A stretch of DNA of 64,000 nt from Asterias rubens (lineage: Eukaryota), in contig NC_047063.1 in the NCBI RefSeq assembly GCF_902459465.1, forward strand, positions 16,988,001 to 17,052,000, written 5' to 3'. A model generated the notes under the pieces. It saw only the letters and a program-made list of their open reading frames with translations, was not told where the DNA came from and searched no databases. Numbering within the stretch: the stretch's first letter is position 1; each line of letters begins with the position of its first letter. Below, piece by piece: positions 38,501 through 49,800 of the stretch. A program made the position numbers and the translations under genes.

Positions 38501-41500
38501 CTTACCTCTATAGTTATCTTACAGACGTCTTGTACACTTACACCATCGCGCAGTGTGACTTCAATCTTCTGCAGTTTCTCTGTACATTCTGCGACGTTAC
38601 TGCACGAGAACGATGGCCTGTTCGTGCCTGTATTCCTTATAGTTGCAAGCTGGGGGAGAGAGAAATTCAATCGTCAAAATTCCTGACGTAACTTCGTAGT
38701 TCCAAATTGTGCAACTCAAGAAGTAAAATTGTCTCACCTCTTTCTCCACCACCTCAAGATCTATTCTGAGTTGGAAGAATTCTTCCTTGGATCGGATGTA
38801 GAGGTTTTTGACGAGGAAGGAGCGAGCATTGTCAGGGAAGTAGGTGAACAAGTTACTGCAAAGAAACAACACAAACCGCGGAATGTTAGGGAAAATGGGT
38901 AAGTAAAGAACATTTGTTTGTCCACGTGCCAATAAGGCTCATCAGGCACAGACCAGATATCCGATTTCCCTGGCATTAAACAACTAAGAATATTTCTATT
39001 CCGTGGCCTAGATAGGATGCCAGTCTATCGTAGGTTACTGTCCCAGCTCTCACTGGTACCCATTTGTACAACTGGGTGAAGAGAAGCAATTGTGATAAAG
39101 AGCATTGCTTATACAAGTGATACGACTCACCAGGTCAGGACCTAAACCCAAATTCTGTAAATTACAGATTTAAAGTCCATCGCCAAGACCGCTCAGCCAC
39201 GAAAAATAGGAAGCTGTCTGAAAATTAATCCCTTTTTTACATTGCAAAGAATTTGGAGATTTTGCCTATCACCAACAAGACCACTCTAACATGTTTAGCC
39301 GCTGTCAACATTGATATGCCTGGCCTGGTGTAAAAAGCAATTGGTTTATATCTGCAATGTCAAACCAGGTTTAATAATAATTAGTTCTCCCTAAAACATA
39401 CTTATTTTCGTTGTTTTTCTTCAATTTTTAAACTCCGGTTGTAAAGCCAATTGGATTCTTAAATAGTCGAACTCAATCTATATACTTTCTTAGAACCCCA
39501 TAAGAAGGAAAATTTCAGTTTGGGATGTAAGAGGAAAACCCCATAGAGTTTTTCTTTGAGAAAATCAACGAAATTAGGTAGGGACTAAAACAAACAATCC
39601 ACATAGTGCCCCAGCTGGATCTAGAGGTTGAGGGCGAGGGTATAGAGACCTACGCCAACCCGACCGTCTAGACAGCCAAGGAAAACTTCCTTACTCTGTG
39701 ATCAGACTCTTGGGCTCCGAGTGGCGCGTATTGACACGAACATCAGCAAACCAATGAGAGACGTCCGGTTGATCATCCTCGTTCTCTGCATCACATGTCT
39801 CTGGTGTTATTTCTTGGGTCTCAACGTGAATACGGCTCGTCCAATCAGAGCAGCTCTGATTCATCCACCATGGAGGCATGACTCGAGGCCACCAGGTCCA
39901 AGTCTTTCGCGGGAATGGATACCAGAAGCGAGGATACCTGGATTTGAAAAACATTTTAAAAAGTTAGTTCTGTGGGTATGAGGCTTTGCATGGTGGAGAT
40001 AAACACGAAGTCTTACATTTTTCGATGTAGGCCTGTCAAGCACACTGGACTCTATAGCTCTGGTGGCAGTGTCAGGTAGTTGCACATGAATTGCCAACCA
40101 TGCCAGAAACTACCAGAAACACCAGGGCCCAACTTCATAGTGCTGCTAAGCACAACAATTTGCTTAGCATGAATTTTCTTCTTTGATAAAAAAAAGGATA
40201 CCAGCCAAATTTTCACGTGATTTTGAGGATTTATAAGCAAACAACAGTTGAAAGTTGAATACCAGTAACATCAATATGCAACAAATGGAAATTTGGTTGG
40301 TAATGCTGTTTTTATTAAGGAAGAAATTTCATGCTAAGCAATTTTTTTTGTGCCGAGCAGCTCTATGATATTGGGCCCAGGGTAAACCCCGTCTCTTTAC
40401 GAAGAGTGCACTGGGTTCTTTTACATGAATAACACAACATAATAGGGGCTTTGCGTCCCATCTGAGGGATGAAGCAATAAAACTGTAAAGCGTCCTTGCC
40501 TAACAACACAAGTGTCAAGACCGGGACTCGAACCATACTCTGCTGATCAGAAACACCAGAGTTTGAGTCCGGTGCACTTGATGGCTCAGCGATGACGCAA
40601 ATAGCTTGACAGATGAATAATACATTTCTTAAGAAGATAAGCATAAAGTTGTGTAACTAACCATTGAGGCCAGATGGCAGGTTTCAACGGCTCATCACTC
40701 AACATTTGATCCAGGCTTGACGGGTCCATCCAAGATGATTCTGGTATGTTCCAGTTTGGAGGGGTCGGCCATTGTGGACACCAAGGCACAAACACCATAC
40801 TGGATAGGACTCGGTTAATACCATCCAGTGATCCTATAACAAAATCAAACAGTGATAAATCTTAAAAGTGTATTTCGGTTTGATGTTAAACCATGTCATC
40901 GACTTTCCTGTGTAGATTCGATCCTTAAGAATTTGTTTTTTATTATAATGTCGTCAAAATCGGGAGAGTACTTAATCAAAATAATGTTTAGCATAAAACG
41001 TACTTGAATGGTAACGAGCAATGGAGAGCTATTGATATTATATTAAAAAAAATGTGAGAAACAACTCCCTCTGAAGTAACGTAGAGTTAATTTCTCACTC
41101 AAATAATAAAATACTTCTGGCCTGAAGCTTTTCATTACTCTCGAGTCAAAATGTTCACAGATTTGTTATTTTATGCATATGTTGGGATACATCAAGTGAG
41201 AATAATGGTGTTTAACCATTACCAGAGGTGTCTTGTGCCTGTAACTACTATCTGTGATGGGGGGGGGGGGGGTTAGGAAATCGGCGAGGTTAATCAGATG
41301 ATCTAGAATCAAGAGGGAAAACTCACCAACAAACATCAGGTTTTTCTTCCCGTTGTTTCTTGACTGCTCGTCATCAGGAGCTTCATAGTGTTCATAGAAG
41401 TTTTCAAAGCGATCCAGCTGTTCATATTCTCTCAGATTATCTATAGGTTCCCACTCCGGACTACCGGATTCCTATCAAGAAAAATTACAATTCTCGCCAA

Positions 41501-44500
41501 CTTGATCAAAATGCTGTAATGTTTCTCATCTGTACACGTCAGAGATTCCGACATTTGCATCTTATACAATCAGGGATATTTTACAACATTAGGGGAAATA
41601 TGTAGATTTACATTCTACATTTTCATAATCCATGAGATTTTAAAATCTGTTCATCAGAACATAATATAAAAAGGTTGCCTTAATTTGTTTAGGGAACTTT
41701 CTGCAGAACCAGTGCGAGTTGGCAGCTTTGGTGTTCATGTGTATTCCAATGTTTTTTTTCTCCCCACTCGAGTAAGTTTTTCAAGAAGATGCTATAGTTT
41801 GAAAATCTTAACCATAAACATCTTCTAAGAGAGGAAATAAATTCGTTTAGTGTTGGCCTATAGTGACCCATATCCTTGAGACATTATGTCTTTGCTTAAC
41901 AAAGACTAGCAACGTGGCCTTCATCATAATGCATTTCCAAGCTTTTGTAAAAGTCTTGGATGTGATATGCGTTGAACAAATAGAAATGAACTGTGGAGCA
42001 CAAAGCGCGAAAGCTTGCGTTTAAAAAGTCCTCATCTGCAAACATGCGGTGGGCGTTCTATAATGGTTCTATCTTCATATTTCATCAATTTGATTTAAAA
42101 TAATAAAAAAATTATATTTATATTAAAAAGAAAAATGGCGGGGGTTCGAACAAAACGGATTCCTAGAAAACAAAGAGATACCGCAAAAAAGAGAATATCA
42201 CAACACTAAACAGCCTTCTTAAAAAAAATTGTTTTTGACACCTTTGGATAGAAAATGACGTTTGAATTCTCATCTTGTTTTACACTCAGCATGCCTCCAT
42301 GGTCCACTGAAACCTTAACACGGTACATTCCTTCGGTGGAGTCACTATCCCGTATCCGCAAACCGCCGAACTGAATGACCTGTCCCTCACTGGTCTCCAA
42401 CTGCAGCTGCGGTTCATGGGCCTCTCGACCCGGCACGGTGGTTTGGGAGGACGTAGCGGTGATGTTGATGCGGAGTCTACGCTGGACGTACGAGACGGGC
42501 TGAGGTTGCAGGTGGAGGTTCCAGTGGACAGCGTGTACATCAAGACAAAGCAATCCATGACTGTGCATTTGGGTTCTGCAAAAACACATCGATGTATACA
42601 ACTTCATTCTCAAACATTCATGGACACTACTAGTGGTTATGAAAGTGGTAAGTGGCATACTAGAAAACTACCGTTCATCACACATGATGCATGTGTTGGT
42701 TAATTTTTATTTTTTTTAAATTGGGGGAAACAAAATGTGTAAATGTCTTTGTTCAACCATTACTTGATGGTTGTTTCACAAACTTGGGTGTGAGAGTGGC
42801 AGTCAGAGAATGAATTCTGACTGGCACCCCTAAAAAGGATATGGAAAAAATAGAGGGAGACTACCACAAACATAGGGCTAGATAGAGCGCCCTGCCTGGT
42901 TACAGGTTCAAATCCCGCTCTATCCAATTTGTCTTAGTTTAACTGAAACATAAGTTTAAACAAAATGAGATGACATTCGGCACCTACTTCAAGGTGAGGT
43001 TGAGATGAGAGGCGTCCAAGTCGTTCAGCTCATCGTTTTCATACCGTCGCTGTATTCCATCGGCTAGTACCCATCCAGTCGGCAGGGTCAATAGGCACGC
43101 GCATCTTGCTAGACATACATGATAATGATATTATTTAGTGAAGCATTATATGGTGCCAAACGAAGATAAATGAGAGTGCATCCTAGCTATGAGTCTAAAA
43201 TGGTGGTTAGGATGGAAGTGAGGATTAGGAAATTTCAAATACTACTGGCAAGAAAGTTTTGATTTGTAGTTTTTTTATTTCCAAATATCACAATAAATAA
43301 TCATAAAACATACAAGACAAAGAACAAAGGGTGATAAGAGGAGGGCACCAGGAAAAAGCCTAGGCTTGTACAGAGCCTGGACCCTTTATAATATAAATTA
43401 ATTGGTTTTAGTTTATAACAATAACAATGTTGATTGATGAAATAAAAGTACAGTGAAAGGTATAATGCATACAGCAACAAATAACACAAAACAATGTTTG
43501 TTTGTAATTAAACTGTTTTACACAATTTGTTTGCTATGCAGCCTTAAATACATATTGAGAGTTGATAACAAAAAGGAAAATTAACAGGAACATAATTACT
43601 TAAAAAATTACAAAACTAGATAAACTGGAATGGATAATCATGGTAAGCGTGTAGTCGTTTTAAACATACTAGTTATAAGTAGGTTTTTCAAGTATTTTTT
43701 GAAGCTGTGCACAGTTCTAAATGAAGGTATTGGGGTGTTCGATGTAGCAGCTTATCATTGTTTCGTTTCGGATATTTCAGTAATATTTGTTGATATGATA
43801 ATAATTGCATCTTACCCGAATCCTCGTTACACTCCAACGCCTGATTGCAGTTGCACAATGAAACCTTCAGACTAGCTCCACCATTGCTGTCTGATGCACC
43901 TAGGGAAGCCTGGACCCCGAGAGGCACGTAGGTACCCTCCACTGAGGTGATATTGCGAACCTCCAACAGCGGAAGGCTGGGGTTACTCCTAATGTTGATG
44001 GTGACCTTGGCTGGAAGGCTAGCCCTTCCTTGGCTATCTGAGACCAGATAGTAGAACGTGGTTATGCCATCAATGTCACCAGCTGGCCTGTAGAAACAAA
44101 ATTAAGCATAATGTTTTATAGGGTCGATAAGATTGTGTCATACACATTGGTTGTTATCACTGATACTGATTTTATAGTTTGTTCTATAGCATTTTAGTGT
44201 TTTTGTCTGCACTGTTTGAATCAAGGCAGTTTTAGTTTTCCCAGTACGGGATATAAAGTTCTTATATTATTTTACAGATCACTTTATCATTAGTCAGATA
44301 CAATGTCATTTGTGAATTTTGTTGCTGATTACAGCGACTATACTTGTGTCTACAAATATATAACTTTTCTTCAAGAACGATGAATGTACAGCCAATTACT
44401 TTCTTGGGGGAAATTAACATTCAAAAGGTTAACCCCTAGATTTATCTTTGGGCAGAATTTTCTGGCAGTTTTCCCTCAAAGCTTTCCTGGAAAGTGTATC

Positions 44501-46886
44501 TTAAAATTGGGCTCATGATGGGCAGACTTACTCGTAGATGAATTCACCGGTACTGGAGTTCAGAAGTCTTACTCCACGTCTCAAATTTTCATTCAGGATC
44601 TCATATTGTAGATTCTCATCAAGTTCGGCACCGACGGGAGGGCAAGCCTTGAGTACACCGTAGAGGGCGTGTTTGGTATCTATCTTGTATGACTGGCTGA
44701 CTGCTTGATATCTATGCACATCAGCTGAGGTAAAGACAACAAACATGGCCGACGGGAGATAAAATACAAAAAAAGTACCTTAGGATTTTTGAACAGTTCG
44801 AATGTTTTAATGCTATATAAATGTAGATGTACACTAAAACTACCCTGTGAACATTTCATTTTCATCTGTAGTGGCTATGTTTGTCCACACTGGACGAATA
44901 ATCCGTAAATGAAATACACACACTGAGAAATATTTCATGCATAAAACTGTTCTCAGATTGATTTATTTAAAAAATTCCTTTCTCTAAAACCACATTCCTT
45001 AGGCCTATATAGAGGAAGATAATTTCTCAAAATGTTAAACATTGTCCACAGCCTTCTTACTTACTAAGTAAATTGTTATAGTCATCATTAAAAATTAAAG
45101 TAATTTCGATCACTTGTCAGACCCTCTAACGAGAGGTCCTCCTTTGCCTCATTAGCCATGATCATGCAATTATTGTTGCTAATTTTTGAATCTCTTCTTT
45201 TTTCTTTATTTTTCTTTCTTCAATCACTCGTGGCACAGCTGCTGCAAAACTTAAGATGTTGTCTTCTTTATAGTTTTTGTTTTTGATTTTGTAAGCTAAT
45301 TCATGTGATATTTTATGCTTGTTGATGTTCTGGTTGTCATTGTTATTTAAATCCATTTTCTTTTCAGATAAATCTAAACCTCTGCAATACTCTGTTAAAT
45401 ATATTTGTTACTAAGTGACTTATAAGTTGACATAAATCTGATCTCTCGCCTCCTTGGGCAAAAGTCCAGCAATTGTCTAAGGTATCTTATCATGATATCA
45501 TGAAAGATATGATTTGTAAAGTGAACATTTTAACAACCACTTATTTGGTAAATTTAAAGGTAGGCCTATTATACAGAATTGGGATACAAAAATGATTATT
45601 TAGGTCTAGTTTGAAAGCTTATTATGTGATTATAAAGTTTGTGCTAAAAACCCTTTTTTCTGTGAAATGATTTTCTCTATGAAATAAAATCTTATCGAGA
45701 AAACTATCTGAAAACCTATTAAACAAAAACCTCAATAGCTAAAAAATAAATTTATGTTGATACATAACAACATGAAAAGCACTTGACCTTATTTGTTACC
45801 TTCATGAAAAAAAGAACAAATGTACCTTGTGCTTCTGCTTTCCTAATAATAATGCGTTTAATCTTTCCAGATTCAACAACAGTGAGTATCATTGACAGCA
45901 GTTGGCAACATTTCAAAAACTTAAACAAGTGAATTGTTTCGAGTGACAAGAAGGAAAAACATTATAAGAAGGAAACACGTTAATAGCAGAAGGAACAAAC
46001 ATTTGGCAGAAGGACGTAATATCTGGTAGGGTAGCCTGCTGTAAAATGTTACATTGAATTGGCAACGTTCCCAAAACTAAAGGCTCACTTGGGGAGAGCT
46101 TCTGCCTGTTGTCAAGAAGAAATTCAAGCTTTTAATAAATATCCCGGGGCTACTTTTGAAAACCCCTCCTCAACACTCGTATCTATATTTACATTATTTG
46201 CTGAAGTTGAATTTGAATGGTTCTAATAGTATCCGCCTGCACAGTACTTAAGCAGCATGCAGCATCATAGTCCAGCTTTATCCAGAAGACGATTACAGTA
46301 TACTGTGATCGAAACGTCGAGTTGAAACCAACGGTTCTTTTCAGAACCACCCCAACTCATTAGAGATAGTCATTACATGGTGTTACCGCAAACCTTTCTA
46401 TATAGTATTAGAGAGGCACCCACACCCAGGCACCCACAAGAAATAATTGGGTTAAAATTGCCATCGGGGATAATGAATACTATTTGGTTTTGCCCAAAAT
46501 ACGATGTGTGTAAATCACTTAATAGACCTACTCAGTAGGCCTACTTTCCCCCTGTGATTTTAGTTTTTTAAATCCACGGCATATTACTCGAGTGGGATTC
46601 GAACCCGCGATTTCTGCCATTCTACAGCAGATGCCAGTTCGAATTCTTGCGGCAAAGTAAGATTATTTCGCAAGATTTCAGAGAATGATGCCAAATTATT
46701 AGTTAGAGGCCATCATTTGCAACAGTCAATATACATAATTGCAGCATTCAATTCAAAACCAGTAAAAACAAGAAACCACTTTCTCTTTCAAACCAAAAAC
46801 AAGTTTATCAACTCACATTTGCAAACAGTAGCAGACGAAAAAGCTGCCCAGCTCAAAATCAGAGCGAAGTATCCAAGTGACTTCAT
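32310..46886 (-). CDS. Secreted multidomain protein, ~1096 aa: signal peptide, cadherin-like/Big_9-like repeats, WAP, TSP1, C-terminal cystine knot
   Basis: 18 GT-AG exons, all phase-compatible with no internal stop (3291 nt): 46886-46817, 44724-44532, 44087-43816, 43108-42988, 42575-42242, 41471-41327, 40833-40662, 39937-39695, 38855-38738, 38649-38542, 38076-37872, 37533-37276, 36388-36125, 35312-35172, 34691-34525, 33954-33858, 32981-32829, 32539-32310 (TAG). Domain names come from motif recognition, not an HMM search. Confidence 0.88.
32829..32981 (-). CDS. Thrombospondin type-1 repeat exon (phase 1-1)
   Basis: EEWGDWLDCE...CGRGSQIRRRRC...QSRPC shows the W..W..C, CG.G.Q.R.R.C TSP1 signature. 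Confidence 0.88.
35172..35312 (-). CDS. WAP four-disulfide-core exon (phase 1-1)
   Basis: ECPAK...CTEECSYHTACPGTKMCCYQGCSRVCMEP has 8 Cys in canonical WAP spacing (CP...C...C.....C.....CC...C...C). Confidence 0.9.
36436..36825. mobile_element. TTAA-flanked MITE family C (TIR TTAAAGGAACACGTTGCCTTGGATCGG) with central palindrome
   Basis: Long TIRs; second copy at 56619-56969 and a left-end fragment at ~54197-54300. Confidence 0.88.
40124..40380. mobile_element. GGGCCC-terminal MITE family
   Basis: agggcccaacttcatagtgctgct ... gcagctctatgatattgggccc; related copies at ~53465-53712, 53878-54126, 22090-22237. Confidence 0.8.
43816..44724 (-). CDS. Big_9/cadherin-like Ig repeat 1 and start of repeat 2
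   Basis: LQYEILNENLRRGVRLLNSSTGEFIYEPAGDIDGITTFYYLVSDSQGRASLPAKVTINI follows the pattern (L.Y.I....G.FTYTP..G..SFTY.VSD....ATVTI.V) of bacterial tandem Ig-like repeats. Confidence 0.7.
46281..46321 (+). ncRNA. Minimal hammerhead-ribozyme-like motif in a Penelope-type repeat fragment
   Basis: TC-CAGAAGA-C-GATTACAG(TATA)CTGTGATC-GAAAC-GTC-GA: core, stem II, GAAA and GUC cleavage triplet, but CAGA instead of CUGA. Homologous copy at 28006-28045 (-). Confidence 0.5.
46817..46886 (-). CDS. Signal-peptide exon MKSLGYFALILSWAAFSSATVCK
   Basis: ATG at 46886, basic N-terminus, hydrophobic core, small-residue cleavage region (SSA-T); phase-1 gtgagt donor matches the phase-1 acceptor at 44724. Confidence 0.85.
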
Positions 46887-49800
46887 CTTTGCAGAAGAGA
46901 GTCAACAACCATACACACAAACAAGCCCAGAAAACATTTAATAATGTTACGCAGACAAAGCTTGCACTGTTTATATCCATGGTTTACTAGTTTTGGTCAA
47001 AGTTCAAAGTGCTCAGCAGAAAATAAATAAACCAATACAGGAGTAAATGCTCAGAAACTTGAAAGATAAGTCATCAGGGTTCATAGTTATGAATGCTGAA
47101 AAGTGTTTACTTCGGCTTAGTCCATTCCCTTTTTTTGTGTGTGTCATTCTGCTAAGCACAAAGCACACAACACCAAATGGTACACTTTACACAATATTGC
47201 AAATAATAAATCATTTGAATACAATGGGAGTCTGTAGAGTCAAGTTGATGATTGGGTACAAGGGTTTACGTCTCTGTCAGAGTATGGAATCTGTGGCAGG
47301 GTCATGGCTACATATCTGGCTGTCTAATGATGATCTACCCAGTCGAGGGAACTTGTCACACTCCCACAAGGGGTATAAACACCAAACTGTTGGCAACAGC
47401 CAACCTCGCTCAAACATTGGTTCAACATTTTAGGCTATGGTTATGAGTTGCAAAAATCAAGCAATTGTGATTCGGTAACAATACTCATTTCAGTCATTGC
47501 GAAATCAGCAGTTATCTTGGTGGGATTCGAACCTACAAGTTACAACCTTGTGATTACAAGTTCTGAAGTCTGACCACGGGACCACTTCTGGTGTGGATTC
47601 CCTTGATTTTCAATCAGATTGTTTTCCTGGAATAACGCCATATTTTGAATTTTAATCAATATGTCCCAAAGCTCTGACAAATTTGGACCACTCACCTTCC
47701 CCAAAATAATTATCTTTAAGTTGTTTTATTTATTCCTTTGGATTTATATTACATGTTTCTAGAGGTTAATGGCACTTCTTAAGAATGCATAAGTCTGCAC
47801 TTACAGTCCATAGTCATACATTACATCTGGTGCCGTAAGAGGGTAACTTTAAAAAGGAACTGTGGTACACAAAGCCATGAAATTGGGCCCTCCAGCTTAT
47901 TCACTTGTTCTTGCTCTTTCGTTTAAAAACAACATTTGTTTAGAAAATTTACAACAGTTTCCTCAAACCGCTTCATTTTAATTCATTGGAACTAATGCAC
48001 ATTATTTTTTGGAAAGAAAGGTACATTTCTTGTACATTGGAATTGTTTACTTCCAAATAAATTATTGAAACATTATATTTTTGTATTTTTTTTTAAAGAC
48101 TTTTGTAATGACCTGGACGTGTCTATGCCTAAAAATTTATTTAACAACTTATCGTGATCTTACTTTAATATAGATTTATCGTTTTTCTTGAAGGCAACTG
48201 GATATAATTGGTTCAAATTCAATGAGCTAAAACTTTTTTTTAATAGAAACTTTTTTTCTTTTTTTTTGCAATGATATTCTGACTAGAAACTATTTTAAAT
48301 ACATTTTTAAAGGCAAAACTTCGCTCCCTGGATGTTAAAGATCAAATCTCAATCCGCAGTATTTTATCACCAACTCTTTTGAACAGACTTGCAGAGATTG
48401 TAAATTAAGAGTGACACTCGTGTGTGTATAATGTAATCAGTGGTTGTACTTGAACTAGCTAAAACAATGGCAACCTCAAAAAGACATTTCTCGTTTATTC
48501 ATTGAGGTGCTGAGTTGAAACCTCTTTGCTCCAATTCCGGAAAGAAAAATCATTTAGACCCATGCACTTTTGTTACTTAAATTTTTTACTGGATTTTAAT
48601 TTTATTTAACGGGACCAAAACTGAAAAGAGAGAGAAAAAAATACCTACACGTTTGAAATGTTTTACTTGTAAAAATACCTTTCTTTTTTTTTTTTTGCTG
48701 GCTGGTTTGAGTTACTGTTTGCTTGTTTCATTATTTTGTTTGCAGTGTATACAAACCCCTTATTACATTTAAATTTGAGTAGACCTGTTTCTTGACATGG
48801 GGATGGATATTAGACATGAACTTTTTTTTATATTACCATGTCTCGGAGGTTAGTATATTATTTATGTACTAACCTCCGAGACCTGTTTACTGACATGGGG
48901 ATGGATCATGGAGGTAGTGGAGGTAGTCTACCTCCATGGATGGATATAGGAATTTCAAACAGAACTTGTTTCAGGCATGAAATGTTTCTGTGTGCTTGTT
49001 TCATTATTTTGTTTTCAGTGTATAGAAACACCTCATTACATTTAAATTTGAGTAGCTGTTATCATCTATATATTTTGTTATTGTAAAAAAAAAGATATAT
49101 ATATATATAGGGCCTTTAGTGATGGAATGTGATACTAAAATAAAATTCTCCCAAATTTTTACTTAACGGGGTATTTTGGAACGACACAAACCTCAAGAAA
49201 AATTTTGTTTGTGGCGTAAACTTTTGACACTAAACATGGAGGACATGTTTTGCAAGGACACAAGCAAAATAATAGTAGATACAAATCAGAGATATGACTT
49301 TGGGGGTAATTTCGGGGTAAGCCATTTTTTATATTATTATTCCTACTAGTAATTTTTTTTTTTTCATTGTATACAAAATTCTTTAATTTTGCTTCGTATA
49401 ATTATTTGCTTTTTATTGCTTTTTCTGCAAAAATAGTTATCTATATTATTTGTATTTCTTTGTATATTGTGTGCGGCTACGGATCATGGTATTGTTAACT
49501 ATGTTGTTCCTCGCTCATCTTTGAGTATCATTATCTAGTGTTTTGTTTTGTGTTGTTATGGCAAATAAAATAACAATAATACTTATAATAGTGACTTTAT
49601 TCTCATTCTTATTTTAACACTTGAGTTTCCACTATATTTTACGGGGAAAAAAAACCAAAACCTAAGTTGATAATTATACCAACTTTGGCTTCTGGTACCT
49701 AGTTCGATTCCCGTATGGGTTTTCCATTTTGTTCTGATAGTGCATGCAGTATTGGTGAGGATGAGACTGACTTTAGGTGTCGTGTGTCCCCGGTTCGATT

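Noticed and set aside
38856-38976. Alternative acceptor at ~38970 (GGAAATCGG...) for the mosaic gene
   Set aside because: Gives TGA in the required phase; the acceptor at 38856 keeps the frame open.
39721-39981. + strand ORF with a TM-like stretch (MARIDTN...LIILVLCITCLWCYFLG)
   Set aside because: It is the antisense shadow of the phase-consistent minus-strand exon 39937-39695 and has no splice or start context of its own.
42416-42703. + strand Gly/Val/Asp-rich ORF
   Set aside because: Antisense of minus-strand exon 42575-42242.
45162-45410. Lys/Asn-rich minus-strand ORF in intron 1 of the mosaic gene
   Set aside because: Low complexity, no splice context, no recognisable domain; possibly a decayed element, but unsupported.
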